Below, piece by piece: positions 26,001-40,104 of a DNA stretch of 64,000 nt. The position numbers and the translations under genes are program-made. Each line of letters opens with the position of its first letter. The stretch's first letter is position 1. Source of the DNA: Lama glama (taxonomy: Eukaryota); assembly GCA_028534125.1 (NCBI GenBank), contig CM052816.1, positions 37,450,001 through 37,514,000 on the forward strand, in the 5' to 3' direction. The notes under the pieces were generated by a model that did not search any database, had not been told where the DNA came from, and saw only the letters and a list, made by a program, of their open reading frames with translations.

Positions 26001-26819
26001 TCAAGATTGGAGTTTTGGGGACTTGCCCAGGGAATTTGAACTGGGTTATGATTTTGCATGGGCTACCTTTACCCTGAAATTGCTGCCGTTTGATCTTGTG
26101 TGTTTGAGGGAAAACGTCTTATCTTTTATTCATCCCTTTGGATGTAACCTGAACTCTGATTTTTTTTTTTTTTTTTGTCCTGGTAGTCCTTCAAAACAGG
26201 TTTTTTTTGTGTGGAGAAGAAAAATACTCTTATGGCAAGAATGATTCTCATACTTGTCTGCATCTGGGTTCTTGTTTCACTAAATATTAGGACTTGACAA
26301 ATTTGTGATGCTTCTGTGATTAAAAAAAAAAGGTAAACACACAATTTATCATTGTGTAGTATGTTCAGCAGGAAGATTAACACAATAATCTAGCCCACCA
26401 GAGACAGGAAACAGCTCATACTATGGTACTATACTGATACTCTTTCTAGAATGTAAATTGTTTGAGTATAAGTGCTTTGTCCTTTTTCATGTTTGCTAAT
26501 GCTTCTAATGGAGCAATAGTTTGTTAATAACTATTTGTCAAATTAATAGTTCTTCATGTAAACATGACCAGTGTCCTGAGATAATATAGGTGGAATACTG
26601 TATCTTTTGTAAGTATCATCTCCATAGCTCACTTACTGAACTTTGGAATTGAATACAATTTGGTTGTTAGATTTGCTTCGCATACACTACATGTTGTATT
26701 GGATATATACTCAATCTAAGTCTCAGCTTACTTGTCTGTAAAATGATACAATGGTGACAATCTGTAGTGAAATGAGACCCCACAATTAGTAAGTATTAGT
26801 GAAACTAAAATATACATAT

Positions 26820-27050
26820 AACATTTATTGAGGATTTATAATACACCAGGGATTATGCTAAATGGTTTACTTACATTATCAAATGTAATTAGATACAGCC
26901 CTTAGGATAGATAATTATGTTCTTCATTTTAGACAATAGGAAGCTGAGTATCAATATAATTTACTTGCCCAAGGGACTACAGCTAGGAAGTAGCAGAAAA
27001 TGGAATGAAAACCCAGATATGCTTCATGCTCCAATCAGTACTTTTAACTG
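26820..27050 (-). mobile_element. MIR SINE
   Basis: acatttattgag...cattttagacaataggaagctgag...acttgcccaagggactacagctaggaagtagcaga matches the antisense MIR core. Confidence 0.8.
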
Positions 27051-28699
27051 GACTCAGTATGTAATAGAAGGTCTTATACAGGTATGTGTGTATTATTTAA
27101 TATTTAAGTTTTACTACTGAATTTTGTTCATAGGTCTACTTGCCCTGGAAAATAATTCACAACATGTATTATAGAATTGAGTTCCCCAGTCCAAAATATT
27201 TTTTGCCTTTTTTTTAATGAAGAAAATTGGGTAACACAAATATTTCTGAATTTATTCCCCAGTCTCATGTCCTCATATTTAATATATATCCCCTCGTTCT
27301 TTGGAATGTTATCTCCTACTCTTATTTCTTTGTGATGGTGATTTCATTTACTATGTGTGTTCCTTAGCAGTTTTCATATTCCTAAAATTAAAAAGAAATT
27401 GCAATGCATAGTTAATAGATGTATTTGTATATAAATCATAACAATTGTCAACTTACTCTCTAAGCTTTATACCCTAAGTCAACTTTCTTTATTATAGAAT
27501 AACCACCAGATAATGAACATCATGAAAATAAATAGGGATGACTCATGTGTGTGAATGACTAATAGAGAAATTATCGAAAAGAACATATCATTTCTATCTG
27601 CTGTAGGGAGAGAAAAGTTAATTACATTATTCAAGAAGATCATTGAGTCATAAGAAGAATCTGAATCGCCATACAATATAAATTTGTCTTTATAGACCTA
27701 TTTATAAATAACATTTTGCAACAGAAAATTATTTTTCTTTCACAATAGCATCTACATAGATGAAGAAACTAAATTGTGACAGTAACTGACTGTAGGTTGG
27801 GTTTGCACAGAAGATTACTCAAATCTAGTAAAGTCATTATTTAAACATATTAAATAATGTGTTATTTAATATATTTCAAAAGTGGTAACATTCTCACTTC
27901 TCCCTCAATGTTTTTCTGAGATACAGTATAGTAACAGGGATATTAAAAGAGGCATTACATCTCACATTGCAAGAAGGAAAGATGGACAGTAGTAGGAAGC
28001 ATTGCAGAAGCCCTGGAAATCCTCAGTTGTCATAAGCAGAAGGGAGAAAAGGGACCAAAATTTAAATAGCATATTAAATACTGTCAGCAAAACTGTCTCC
28101 GGGTTGCATATCTTCCCTCCTTCCTTATATCATATTCACAAATCAGGTGTTTACCACCAATTGGAAACTGGAGAACCAGTCCTAAAAGAAGACTGCACTT
28201 GGTTGGGTGGATCTGAGGCTTCCTGAGTAAAGACTGCTGCAACAGAGTAAAGCATTCTTGTTTTGGTGTTGCAAATGGTAGTTGAGAGTGGAGTTGGCAT
28301 AATTTCTTGTTTTGCTTAAGCACAAAAAAGAGGCAGTTGCCAATAGATATATCCATTCCTCAAAAGAAGCAAACCTTTCAGTATCTTTATTTGTTAGAGA
28401 GGAAATTTAAGTTACATTAAACTCTGTCTTTGATTCAAAACATTAAGCAAACAGTCAGAGATCTCAAGGAAGAGAAAAACCATCAACACTAAAAAGTGCA
28501 TGGGTGCTAATAGACTATCTCACCATACAGGAAATAGATATTCAGAACAAAAGAAAATCTTAAAGGTCACAACACACAGAAGATGTGATTGTTAAGGAGA
28601 TAAACATCTGTAAAAGAAAAGGCTAGTATGATAATAAGAGTAATTGGGGGGAAAATTGCCTAAAGAAAAATTCACTACACAGGCTGTAAAAAAAAAAAA

Positions 28700-29250
28700 A
28701 AATCGCAGAATATAGAGAATTATGGGGTTAAGGGCTATGAAGAAGTTGAAATTTAATTAAAAAATAAAGTACATGCTATATTAATCCAAAGTGTATTTCA
28801 TAAGAATACCAAATGGGAAAACTAAATAAAGAAATAAATAATCCCAGACCAAAAGTAAGTAAGTAAATAAAATCAGTCATGTTATTGTTGTAGGAAAATT
28901 ATTAAACACACAACTTTGACATTTAGACATGTTTTTATGAGATTTCTAGATACCAAGTTTAAATAAAAGCTCCTACATGTTCCCTGGAATATGTTTGTTA
29001 TTAATTAAGAAAATAAAAATCAAAATAACAGCCATATTAGCATCATTGGTAGTGGGAAGACAATAAAGCAGTCTTCACATTTCAAGGACAAATGCTTTTG
29101 AAACCAGAATATGTAACCAGTCAAGCAAACAGTAGAGCAGAAATCAGAATAAAAACGTTTTTAGAATATCAAAAGATTCACATATTTTCCTACTAAATTA
29201 TTAAGTCAAGTAAATACTTGAGAATCTAAGAAAAAATAGCATGGTATTGA
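28700..29250 (+). mobile_element. Old L1M/HAL1 ORF1 relic
   Basis: gaagacaataaagcagtcttcacatttcaaggacaaatg and aaccagaatatgtaaccagtcaa resemble the L1 ORF1 C-terminal region. Confidence 0.5.
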
Positions 29251-29493
29251 AGACAAGTGGTAGTGAGATAAAAATACATCCCAGGATCATAGCTTTGTAG
29301 AAAAAAGTTAATATAAACTAGACTATTTAACACTGATAAAGGCACAATATTAGCCCTCAGTCATGAAGGAAAAAGAGGCAATTAAAAATATACTTAAAAA
29401 ATAAAGATCTCACAAGAAGTATAGCATCTAACTTTGAAGACAACTTAAACTTGGCATGAAATTTGGAATGAAATCTTGATATAAAGAAAACAA

Positions 29494-30733
29494 TTTTTAA
29501 ATATATTTTTATTGAAGTATAGTCAGTTTACAATGTTGTGTCAACTTTTGGTATACAGCATAATACTTCAGTCACATAGGAACATACATACATTCATTCT
29601 CATATTATTCTTCACCATAGGTCACAAGATACTGAATACTGTTCCCTGTGCTATACAGTATAAACTTTTGGTTTATCTATTTTATTTATATATATATATT
29701 AGTTTGTATGTGCAAATCTTGAACTCCCAGTTTATCCCTTCCCACCCCCTTTCCCCCACCCCTGGTAACCATAAATTTGTTTTCTATGTCTGTGAGTCTG
29801 TTTCTGTTTTGTAAATAAGTTCATTTGTCTTTTTTTTTTTTTTTTTTTTTTTAGTTTCCACATATGAGTGGTATGTGGTATTTTGTTTTTCCTCTTTCTG
29901 GCTTACTTCACTTAGAATGACATTCTCTAGGTTCATTCATGTTGCTGAAATGGCATTATTTTATTCTTTTTTATGGCTGAGTAGTATGCCATTATATAAA
30001 TATACTACAACTTCTTTATCTAATCATCTGTCCATGGACATTTAAGCTGTTTCCATGTCTTGGCTATTGTAAATAGTGCTGCTGTGAACATTGGGCTGCA
30101 TGTGTATTTTTGAAGTAAGTTTCCCTCTGGATATGTGCCCAGGAAGTGGGACTGCTGGATCATAGGATAAGTCTGTTTTTAGTTTTTTGAGGAATCTCCA
30201 TACTGTTTTCCATAATGGCTGCACCAAACTACATGCCCACCGGCAGTATAGGAGGATTCCCTTTTCTCCACAGCCTCTGCAGCATTTATCATTTGTGGAC
30301 TTTTGCAGAATGGCCATTCTGACTGGCGTAAGGTGGTATCTCGTTGTAGTTTTGATTTGCATTTCTCTAATAATTAGGGATACTAAGCATTTTTTCATGT
30401 GCCTATTGGCCATTCATATATCTTCATTGGAGACTTTCTTGTTTAGGTCTTCTGCCCATTTTTGGATTGGGTTGTTTGTTTTTTTGTTGTTATTAAGTTG
30501 TATGAGCTGTTTATATATTCTGGAGAGTAAGCCCTTGTCAGTCTCATCTTTTGCAAATATTTTTTCCTAGTCTGTACATTATCTTTTTGTTTTGCTTATG
30601 GTTTTCTTTGCTGTGCAAAAGCTAAGTTTAATTAGGTCCCATTTGTTTATTTTTGCTTTTATTTCTATTGCTTGGGTAGACTGCCCTAGGAGAACACTGC
30701 TGAGATTTATGTCAGATAATGTTTTGCCTATGT
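29494..30733 (-). mobile_element. Relatively young cetartiodactyl/camelid-type L1, 3' 1.24 kb (ORF2 C-terminus plus 3' UTR)
   Basis: ORF 30042-30413(-) [34 protein letters not shown]...CCRGCGEKG...[16 protein letters not shown] is the L1 ORF2 cysteine-rich C-terminus. TSD core AAGAAAACAA at 29484-29493 and 30734-30743. Confidence 0.95.
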
Positions 30734-31319
30734 AAGAAAACAAGAATTTTTTAACTACCTTCTGTTTGTAATTGATGAAGAACATTTATAATACATTAAA
30801 GTTTAAAGTTACTTTAGTTAACAATTTATAATATAAAATGTAATTATATGCATGATATATCAAGTAGTTGCCTAGATACAAATAAAATACATTTGATTCT
30901 ATATTACAAATCTTGCCTTAGGGACAGAAATTTCACTGAGCATTCTTAAACTGATAAATAGAAAATAGTGATCCTCATCTGGAACACATCACAACACGAG
31001 CACTCATTGTTCATTGCCTGTGACGTATATGTTAAGTATTGTCAATACCACCCATGGATACAAACATACTATTTAGAGGTTTGGTGATAAACACCAAAAG
31101 GAAAAATTAAAGGAATAATGCAAAATTGATACATGAAAGCTCAACTTGAGGAAGAGAACAGAATAAGAGATGCATAAGTTAATCTCTGTGATAGCCTGAT
31201 TGCCCTATGCTTAGCAATGGTATCCACTTGAATTTGACATTTGCTTTTTTGTCCCATAATTTGATTATTCTGAAAAGCAAGGAGGTGCCACATTGAGGTT
31301 GAGAGAATTAATAGACAGG

Positions 31320-31900
31320 AATATTTATTATTTCTAACATTTTTTTGTGGAATCTTTAGGATTTTCTACTTATAAGATCATATCATCTATGAAGACATAG
31401 TTTTACTACTACTTTCCAATTTGGCTGCCTTTCCTTCCTTCCTTCCTTCCTTCCTTCCTTCCTTCCTTCCTTCCGCCTAATTGTTTTGGGTAGAATATTC
31501 AGGACGATGTTCAATAGAAATGGCAAACACAGGCATTCTTGCCTTATTTCTAATCTTAGAGTGACAGTTTTCAGTCTTTCACAACTGAGTGTTATAGAAT
31601 CAAAACAGAGTGGTACTGGCATACAGAGAGAGAAATAGACCAGTGGAATAGAATACAGAGCCCTGAAAGCAATGCTTATATAAATGATTAAATGATTTTT
31701 GACAAAGATGCCAAAATGGGTAAAGGACAGTCTTTTCCACAAGTGGTAATGGAAAAACTGGATATCCATAAGCAAAAGAATGAAATGAAACCCTTACTTA
31801 ACACCAAAATTCAAAAATTAACTCAGTATGGACCAAAGACATAAATGTATAGGTAATACTGTAAGACTCCTCAGAGAAAACAGGTAAATCTCTATTAAGG
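31320..31900. mobile_element. L1 ORF2 with an inverted structure (minus segment 31320-31596 joined to plus segment from 31597)
   Basis: The minus segment encodes [27 protein letters not shown] (RT). The plus segment encodes [19 protein letters not shown] (downstream ORF2). Confidence 0.8.
31431..31474. repeat. (TTCC)11 microsatellite inside L1
   Basis: Read directly from the sequence. Confidence 0.97.
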
Positions 31901-34900
31901 AAATTCAGAAGAATTCTATATCTTTAATCTTGCAACATACATAATTTGATTACATTTTCACATGTTGGAATCAACCAAATTAACCAAATAGGGTATTGAT
32001 TTGCATCAAGATGTTTGTACTTAAGAGTATGCCAAAATATATTTTTCCAACGTTTTAGAATGGACTTAGAAGATACAGCTGTTTCCTTGCAAATAAAAAT
32101 TTGCAAAAGTCCTTTAATATTAAGTACTATCATCATGAAATTATTTCATACTGATTTTTTAAAAATAAGAAATTAACATCTATTTTTTAATTTCTGTTTT
32201 TTTCGATGCCTTTATTTACTAAGCCACCAAAGACTTTGTCATTTTGTCTGGTCTACCACACTCCTCTGCACTTTATTTTCCACTCCACTGTCCTCAGGCA
32301 GACTTTCCTGTTCCACCGTGGTGAACATGTCTCATAGACACTTTCCATCACAATGCATAATCCAGACTGTCTTGTCCGGGATGGAAAAATGCTTTAACTA
32401 CAGTTAACACTTGCTTCCCTACTGACACTTAATGAAACTTATTTTGATGAATCTTTTGTGTTTCTAAGCTCCTTGATAGATTTATTAAAATGTTTCCTAA
32501 TTTAATAGAATAAAGCATTTAGATATAAAAAGGGACTTCATAGATTATACATTATAAACCTTATAGATGAAATATGAGCTTCTCAAAATTACTCACTTCA
32601 CTTAATGAGTTTTATTGTGAATATTATAATAAATGAAATTACATTTTAGGCATAAACTCATATTAAAACATAGGCTTAGAAATAACTTTAAAATCTTTAA
32701 AACAGGTCATTTCATAGGAGAAGTAAAGTTCTAGATAGACCCAAAGCCTTAAATCAAGGCAAATAACATGAGCAGGTCTCGAATGAGGTCTTTCTCCTAA
32801 CTCTCATCAGCACCCCTTTTTTACCTTTTGCTAGGTAAAGTACTATACAACGTAAATTCTTAAGATAGTGTGTATCAGTATATAAATGCCTCTCCTTGAC
32901 CTATGTATTCGTTAAAACATTTTGAATACATTTCCTGATGAAAAACAAATATATTTCAGCTAATTACAAAACTACATAGTACGTCTATACGATGTTGCTA
33001 GTCATTTGTTTCTTTATACAGCTGTCCAAAGATGTTGAAAATGTATGCTAAATTCCTGCTTCAGTAAGGGATCTTACAGTAACTGTAAAACTTGTGGAAC
33101 TTGAAAGGTTTTCCATAACCCGATATGGAGAATACTTGAATAACAGTATGTATTTGGTTCCTCTATCCCATCCCCTTCTTGCCTCCAACACGGACACACA
33201 TAAACATACACACAGATATACTAGAATGTAGGAAGGAAACTGAGAGATGGAGGAGAAAAAAACTAAACTTGCTGCTGCTACTAAGATTTTGATATATCAA
33301 AATACTCTTTTTTTTTGATATGTTTTGTCTTAATTAAATTGTCAGTGCCTAATCATACTTTGACATATCGCAAAGGATTTGTAGCCTACCTGAAGTGTTT
33401 ACACAAAGTTTAAGTTAGTTCCATGTTAGACCTAGCTTTGTGGCTAATTTGTAGTATGACTGTGAGCATGTAATATTGATATATGTCCATTTTCTGAAGT
33501 GTAACAAAGAGATCATTTTCTTTCTAAATTTATTCAACTTGTTTTCCTGTTTAAAAATATTCTGGGTGGGAAGAGATTCTACAGTTGCTGTCAACATGAA
33601 AGCATCATTACCAGGTAGTGAAATCTGATTGGGTATTGTGTTTTGTTGATTCCAACTACATAGATAGATATTTCAACTCTTTGTTTACTTTCAAGTATAA
33701 AACATTCATTTAAAAGCAAAACTATTACTGAATTAAAATAGAATTTTGGAGCCCATATTCACTAATGGATCTAGTTGATTTTTTTTCAATCATTCAATAA
33801 ATATTATGTCTCAAATTCTAGGGCTTACCTCCACTCCTACTCTTAAAACCTTCATATATCTGTTATGGCCCTCCCAATTTAAAGTACATAAAACACTACA
33901 GATCTTACTCAGATTTTAAAATCATAGGTATCTTGACCTTTCTTACAAGCATGAAGCAGAATTAATTTTTGCTGCCTTAATTGTCATAAATAGAAAGAAA
34001 TAAGGGCTCAAAAGACAGAAAAATAAGTAATAGGAACTTTTACATCGTTTTGTGCCCAAATGTTCTAAGTGTAATTTAAAAGAAATTGTGCCTCTAACAG
34101 GTTGTTTATTCCTCATTACTGACTGAGTTTGGTAACATTCCTTTTATCTTTTCGTCTCCTTCTAAGATTTTTACTTCAATTTAAAATACTTAAGAAATTA
34201 CCTTGTCTTGGAAACCACTTTGTGCTCCTGAAAGGTTTTGAAAGGCTTAGTGGTTTCCTATTGTTCTTAATTGCTTGAAATGCAGGAAAATGAGTAAAAA
34301 AAATCTTATTTCCCTTTGAAAAGATCCCCTTTCCACTTAGAGGTCTTGGCAGAACTTAAAGCATTTTTCTACCTATTTATATAATTGTATTTATTGTCAT
34401 CTAACACTCAAGTGACCACTTAGAAAATGATAAACTAATAGACTATCGTCCAAGAATAAATCTGCCCAGTTTGCTTCAGAACAAAATGAATATGCATATG
34501 TATATATGTACACACAAATCCACATAACATACATACATCATATAAAGCAATACATATAAACGTGTATATGCAGCATTAAAATCAGAATTATTAGTGTACT
34601 TTTCAAAGACACTTTTTACAATGCAGTAAGTAGACTTTGCATTATTCCTTCATCTACACAATACAGTCAGCGCTCCTGGCATAGACTCTCAACCCTAGAG
34701 ACCTTTGCAAAAATTTCTCTATTACTTTGAAGAAATGGACAGCTATTGGATTACAATTAAATTTAGGTAGAAATTGAAAGATGATATTTCAGGTTCTCAA
34801 TATCAAACTTTAGAGCCTAAATATGATAATCAAACCATGAATTAGATTTTGTGTTAGACTGGTATATATATTAGGGAGTAGAAAATCAGGTTGACATTTT

Positions 34901-35635
34901 ATCAGTAGCTGCTCTACTCATCAGAACTATTTTACTCTACATTGCTTACATTCATCTTGCTCTCCTACCAAAGGAGATCGTACTGTAGAAAAATAGTCTT
35001 TTGTTGGAGTGTACAAAATAGTTACCATAAAGAAAGTGCATCCTAAAGGTTAGCAAAAGTTTTCTGGTAAAAGATATTCCAAGGAGTGCCTTTAGTTACC
35101 ACAGCAATGTTGTGATTATATGTTAAATTATTTAGAACACATTGATACTAATATTCTCCTTTACAAATATTAATCTTTGCACTTTAATATTCTTCTCATT
35201 GCTGTTATAAATTTCCTCAGTCTTTATTGGATCTGGAAATATTAATGTCTTATATACCAAAATGTATGTGACAATATGTGAATTATAAGTTAACTTATTA
35301 TCAAAATAAAGGAAATACATAATATTCAGAATTCCACAAGCATAACTCTCATAAAAATTGTTTCTCATTAATTTGAATTCAGTCAGTACCATGTATCAAT
35401 AGATAAACCTACAATTATATTTTAGATATTCATATTAGATTTACTATATTCTCTTGATTCTCTGCACCCCATCTCATCATATGAGTCTTTCTCTTGATTT
35501 AATCATAAGTATTTCCATTTCCAATTTTAGTGGAATAGCCACAAAATCAATCACCTTGTTAGGATGTTTTGGTCAACTGAAATGGCTTCTGGATGCTATG
35601 TTCTAGGATAGACTCTATTGCTGAGTATCTTACTT

Positions 35636-36111
35636 GTTTTTATTTTTTATATTCAAATATAGTTGATTTACAATGTTGTGTTAGTGTCTAGTGTACAGCA
35701 AAGTGATTCAGTTACATACATATATATATATTATTTTTTACATATATTATATATTATTTTTCCACTATATGTTATTACAAGATACTGGAAATAGTTTCAT
35801 GTGCTGTATACAATAGAGACATGTTGTTGATCTGTTTTATACACAGTAGTTTTATCTGCTAATCCCAAACTCCTTATTTATCACCCCTTCCCCTTTGGTA
35901 ACCATAAGTTTTCTTTCTATGTCTATGAGTCTGTTTCCATCTTGTAAATAAATTCACTCGTATCATATTTTAGATTCCACATATAAGTGGTTTCATATGA
36001 TACTTACCTTTCTCTGTTTGACTTACTTCAGTTACTATGATAATCTCTAGGTCCACCCTTGTTGCTGCAAATGGCATTATTTTGTTGTTTTTTATGACTC
36101 AGTCGTACTCT

Positions 36112-36145
<34 letters not shown>

Positions 36146-36327
36146 CACCACAACTTCTTTACTTACTTATCTGTTGATGGACATTTAGTTTGCTTCCCGT
36201 GGTTTGGCTGTTATCAGTAGTGCTGCTGTGATTGAGGAGCATGTATCTTCAAATTAGAGTGATCTCCAGGCATATGCATTAGAGTGGGATTACTCAGCTG
36301 GATGATAACTCTACTTTTAGTTTTTTA
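35636..36327 (-). mobile_element. Intermediate-age cetartiodactyl-type L1 3' end
   Basis: 3' UTR motifs tacaatgttgtgttagt, cccctttggtaaccataagttt and tagattccacatataagtg. Diverged TSD TATTGCTGAGTATCTTACTT (35616-35635) versus TACTGCTGAGTGTCTTAATT (36328-36347). Confidence 0.9.
36114..36141. repeat. (TG)14 microsatellite
   Basis: Read directly from the sequence. Confidence 0.97.
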
Positions 36328-36884
36328 TACTGCTGAGTGTCTTAATTTATTCAGATATTTTAAAAATAAAAATCATCATAATCTTTTGACTTGACATCTT
36401 CTTGAGGGCTGATTTTTAGTTGGCACTTGTCTATCAAAGCTTTTTGTTTTATGCTTTACTGGTTGCTGATGACAAATGGCCACTGCTATCTCTACAGCTT
36501 GTTCCTTAATTTTATTTATTCTCTGGTTGCCTCCTGAGATCAAGTTTTTTGCTTCCCCTTTCTCTTCCCTTCCCTTTCTCCTTCCCTCCTCTTCCTTTTC
36601 TCTCCTTCTCCTGTCCTCTTCCCCCTCGCCTTTTCAAATTCTTTACCAAACATGGATGGATGTAACTTGCCCATGTTATTAATAATCTACCTTCCAGCCT
36701 TTTTTATCTGGGGATGCATAATTATTAGGTTTATAGCCTGACTTAAATGTTATCCCAGGTAACGTTTTACTGATAACTCACTTACAAAGCTCCTATATCT
36801 GTTTGTCTAGAGCTTATCACACATCCCCCAGCCAATGTCACATATGTTAAGTTTGGGTTATAGAAACTCCCTAATTTGAGCAAC

Positions 36885-37210
36885 GTCAGTCAGGAAAGAC
36901 TAAGCTCTGCTACAATAACAAATGATTTCAACCTCTCAGTGGCACAGCCCAACAGCATTTTCTTACTCACGGAACTTAGGCGTGATGGGACAGCAGGGAA
37001 CTTCTGCTCATTGTGGTCACTGGAGACCCAGGCTGTAGAAAATTCTTTATTGGCATAGACTTTCACAACCACAGCAGGATGAAGACAGTATTATCTGTTT
37101 CACACTGGCTCTAAACCTTATGCATGAAAGTGAGACTCCACATTTCTAACATTTTACTGACCAAGGTAAATAAGAGCCTAACTTTTAAAAGTGGAGAACA
37201 GCATAATCCT
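36885..37210 (-). mobile_element. Old MaLR LTR (MLT1K/L-like)
   Basis: cagtcaggaaagactaagctctgctacaataacaaat...tctcagtggc...ttcttactcac resembles the antisense end of old MLT1 families. Confidence 0.65.
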
Positions 37211-37699
37211 TTTTGAATGGTTCTAATTATCTTGTTCATTTTTATATTGTTGAAACTTATCATTTACTCATTTTCTTATACTAAAATACTATTGTTTGAA
37301 CAACATATCAGTAATTTAAACCCAATATTTCATTGTCGTCACCAAGATAACTTTTAAAAGATCTTATATCTGGTTAGTATATAGCTATAAATAAATATGA
37401 ACCAAATTTACAAAGTTTACCAGTATTTATGGATCACTTACATAGTGAGAGCCCTGTACTGGTACTTAGAACAACCATGCAATAGAGGTATATCACAACT
37501 GCTATGAAACAAAAAAAAGATCCTGGATATATTTAAATCTTCCTACCACAGCATCACTTCCCTTCCCAGTCTGCTTACTGCCTACCTTTGCATATCTTGT
37601 GATAAGGATAAATAATGAAAAGTTGCCCAATTGTTCAGAGATAAAATAAATTGGGAATGCACTGCAGGGGAAAAAGCCCTTCAACTGGGTGCTGGGGTT

Positions 37700-37915
37700 C
37701 AACCAAAGTCGGTGTGCGCGAGTTCAAATCTCCGCTCTCTACATTGCAGTTGTGTGACCTTGGGGTAGCTTGCTACCCTCTATACCAGAGTAGCCTGATC
37801 TGTAGATGGAATTAAAAGCCACACCTAGCTTATAAAGGGTTTAAGTGGTTTAAATGTGTTCATAATTATAAAGCACATATAATAGTTCTTGATACATTGT
37901 AAGTGCTATGTAGCC
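37700..37915 (+). mobile_element. MIR SINE
   Basis: B-box-like gagttcaaatc, core tgtgtgaccttggggtag, atctgtagatgga, and 3' end acattgtaagtgct. Confidence 0.8.
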
Positions 37916-39528
37916 ATTGAAATAAAAACAGGTCTGTCTTAGACCTAAAGGAATGAACAACACAATATGTAACAGAAGTATGAGTAAGTTTTGGACAGAA
38001 GGAAAACCAAAGCCAAACTTCAACACAGCATAGTAAAGTAGGTTAGAAGTTGTAGAGTTCCTAGGTATTGCCCCTTGACCTGCCAGTGACAAGCTGAAGC
38101 ACTTCTTAAGGGGTTGATACGTCATTTTAGGATGAGTGAAAATGCTCTCTTGCCTTTCTTTTGCATAAATGTGGTCAAAAAGGTTTGTAGGTTTTGCTTG
38201 CTAATTTGCTCAGGGCACCTTCTTTGAAAAAATTAAGAACGAACTTGACATCCATCACGAGAGGGAACTAAGACTTTGAGACCACCTGCTACTTGCTTTG
38301 ACACATCAATGCCAACCTTTTGCAAATTGTCTAAGCCACAGGGGGTAATGACCAGGTGTGCTGGCATTTTTTTGCCACTTCGTTTCTGTGTTTGATCTGA
38401 TTAAAGTGCAAGCAGACTATTTTAGGAATTTTTAGTTTTTGCTAAATGAATTCCTAATATTACATTACACTAGTTGTTGTTGGAGAGAAGTTTTTAAAAA
38501 GGGCTTCACTGAAGAAGAGTTTTCAGATAGTCCTGCTTTTTTAACTTTAGAGCTTTGCTTTTAACTAGTTACTATCATTCTCTCTTACCACTCCCTTTAC
38601 ACTTACCTCTATTAAAATATTTACCACATGATATTTTTAATTGTCTGTCTCTGTAATTTTAAGTTCAACTCCTTACAGGTAAGGGCCTTATTGTTCTTTG
38701 TTTTGAATAGCCTCATCAACCGGGCATAGGTGGAACATACTCCTACAAGCCTGACAGAGGAAGGGAAAATTAACTACTAGCCCCACCATCGGAAACAGTT
38801 TACTCAGGACTGCTTCTGTTAACAGAGGTCTGGTCCCACAGTGACCTAATGATGATAATGAGGCTCACACCCAAATAGAATGTCTTTAGACTGATGAACG
38901 AGAACACTCTGTAAGGTTTCTTCATATCCAGATGGAGAGTTCAGTAATGCGCTTTCACAGAGAAGACTAGGAAAGCCACCGTGATTGGGGGATAGAAACC
39001 TTTTGAAGCTCTCTCTTCAAATCAGGATTTTAATGAGATTTTTCTTGTTTTCCACGAGTGATGGAGACCATAGGCAAATGAAATCAGACCTCTCTCTGCC
39101 TCCCAGAAGGAAAAAAGTATTGGCCCTGGTAACAAGGTCTGATAAGAATCTTTATTACTCATATTTTATTTCTTCCTTTTGACCTGATGTTACTGGAAAA
39201 AAAAAAAACCCATGTAATTCTAATACAACTTTGTCTTTTCCATGTTCCACTGTAATTAATAGGGACAGTTTCATATATTATGAAACTCCCCTCAGCAAGT
39301 TAAGCCTGTTTGAAACTTTAAAACCCTGAGCTGGAGAGGAAGGGCCCTTGTTCCTTGTCTTCTTTTTGTCCTACCTGAATTGCTTTGACTTCTTTTGGAA
39401 GTTTTTTGGAAGGAATGTAAGGGGCAGGGGTGGGAGATAGCAAGTGAAAAAATGTTTTATTTCATTGGTGTTTCTTGGCAACAGCAGAAGTGAAAAGCTT
39501 ACTCTGTTTTCATGGGCCACAGTGTTCC

Positions 39529-40104
39529 TGATAAATAATGCAGTGCCTGATTTCTGGGAACTAGTTTCACACTCACAGCCAGGCTTTAACCTTACTAGAG
39601 GCTTGTGTCACCCTCCCAGCTAAGACCCCAGTGTGATTTCGTGTCGGTCTGCCTCTCGCAGGTCAGCCATGTTATTCTCCTGAGAGACGGAAGTTATTTC
39701 CCAGAACATCAACGTCACCCCCCGTCACCCTGAAAAACGTGATAAAACGATACAAACATTAGATGACTGTGCAAACGCATGATACCAGATACATTCTCGA
39801 TAAAGTTAGTGACTGCTACTAACTCACTGTGATTACAGTTCTATTTAGCCTGCCCTTTCCGCAGATAAGATTTATTGGGATACCCACTCAAGAAATTGCT
39901 CCAGTTTCTTATGGTGAATCCCTGCTTCCTTAGACCCACCCCAAAATTACAGCACTAAAGACCAACTGAATAATAAGGTCTTTCTTACCCTCTTACTGAG
40001 ACACTGTGATTCTCCGTAGTAAGTTGCCTCACTCTGTGAAGAATTAACTCAAGGAATAAAGTAGAGGTGTGTTTTTGATAGTCTTTGGCTGAAGGGCACT
40101 GACG
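39529..40104 (+). mobile_element. Ancient eutherian ERV solo LTR (family not firmly assigned)
   Basis: TG start followed by cctgatttctgggaactagtttcacactcacagc; aataaa near 40055-40060; end ggtgtgtttttgatagtctttggctgaagggcactgac resembles a remembered ERV LTR terminus. Confidence 0.65.

Noticed and set aside
30042..30570. Overlapping 123-aa and 127-aa ORFs on opposite strands as a host gene pair
   Set aside because: The minus ORF is the L1 ORF2 C-terminus and the plus ORF is its antisense shadow.
36555..36635. Polypyrimidine C/T tract (possible triplex DNA or splice acceptor)
   Set aside because: Low-complexity sequence with no clean mirror symmetry and no supported downstream exon.
38335..38349. 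CTCF-like GCCACAGGGGGTAA
   Set aside because: The spacing is one base short of the CCASYAGRKGGC core and the terminal GGC is absent.
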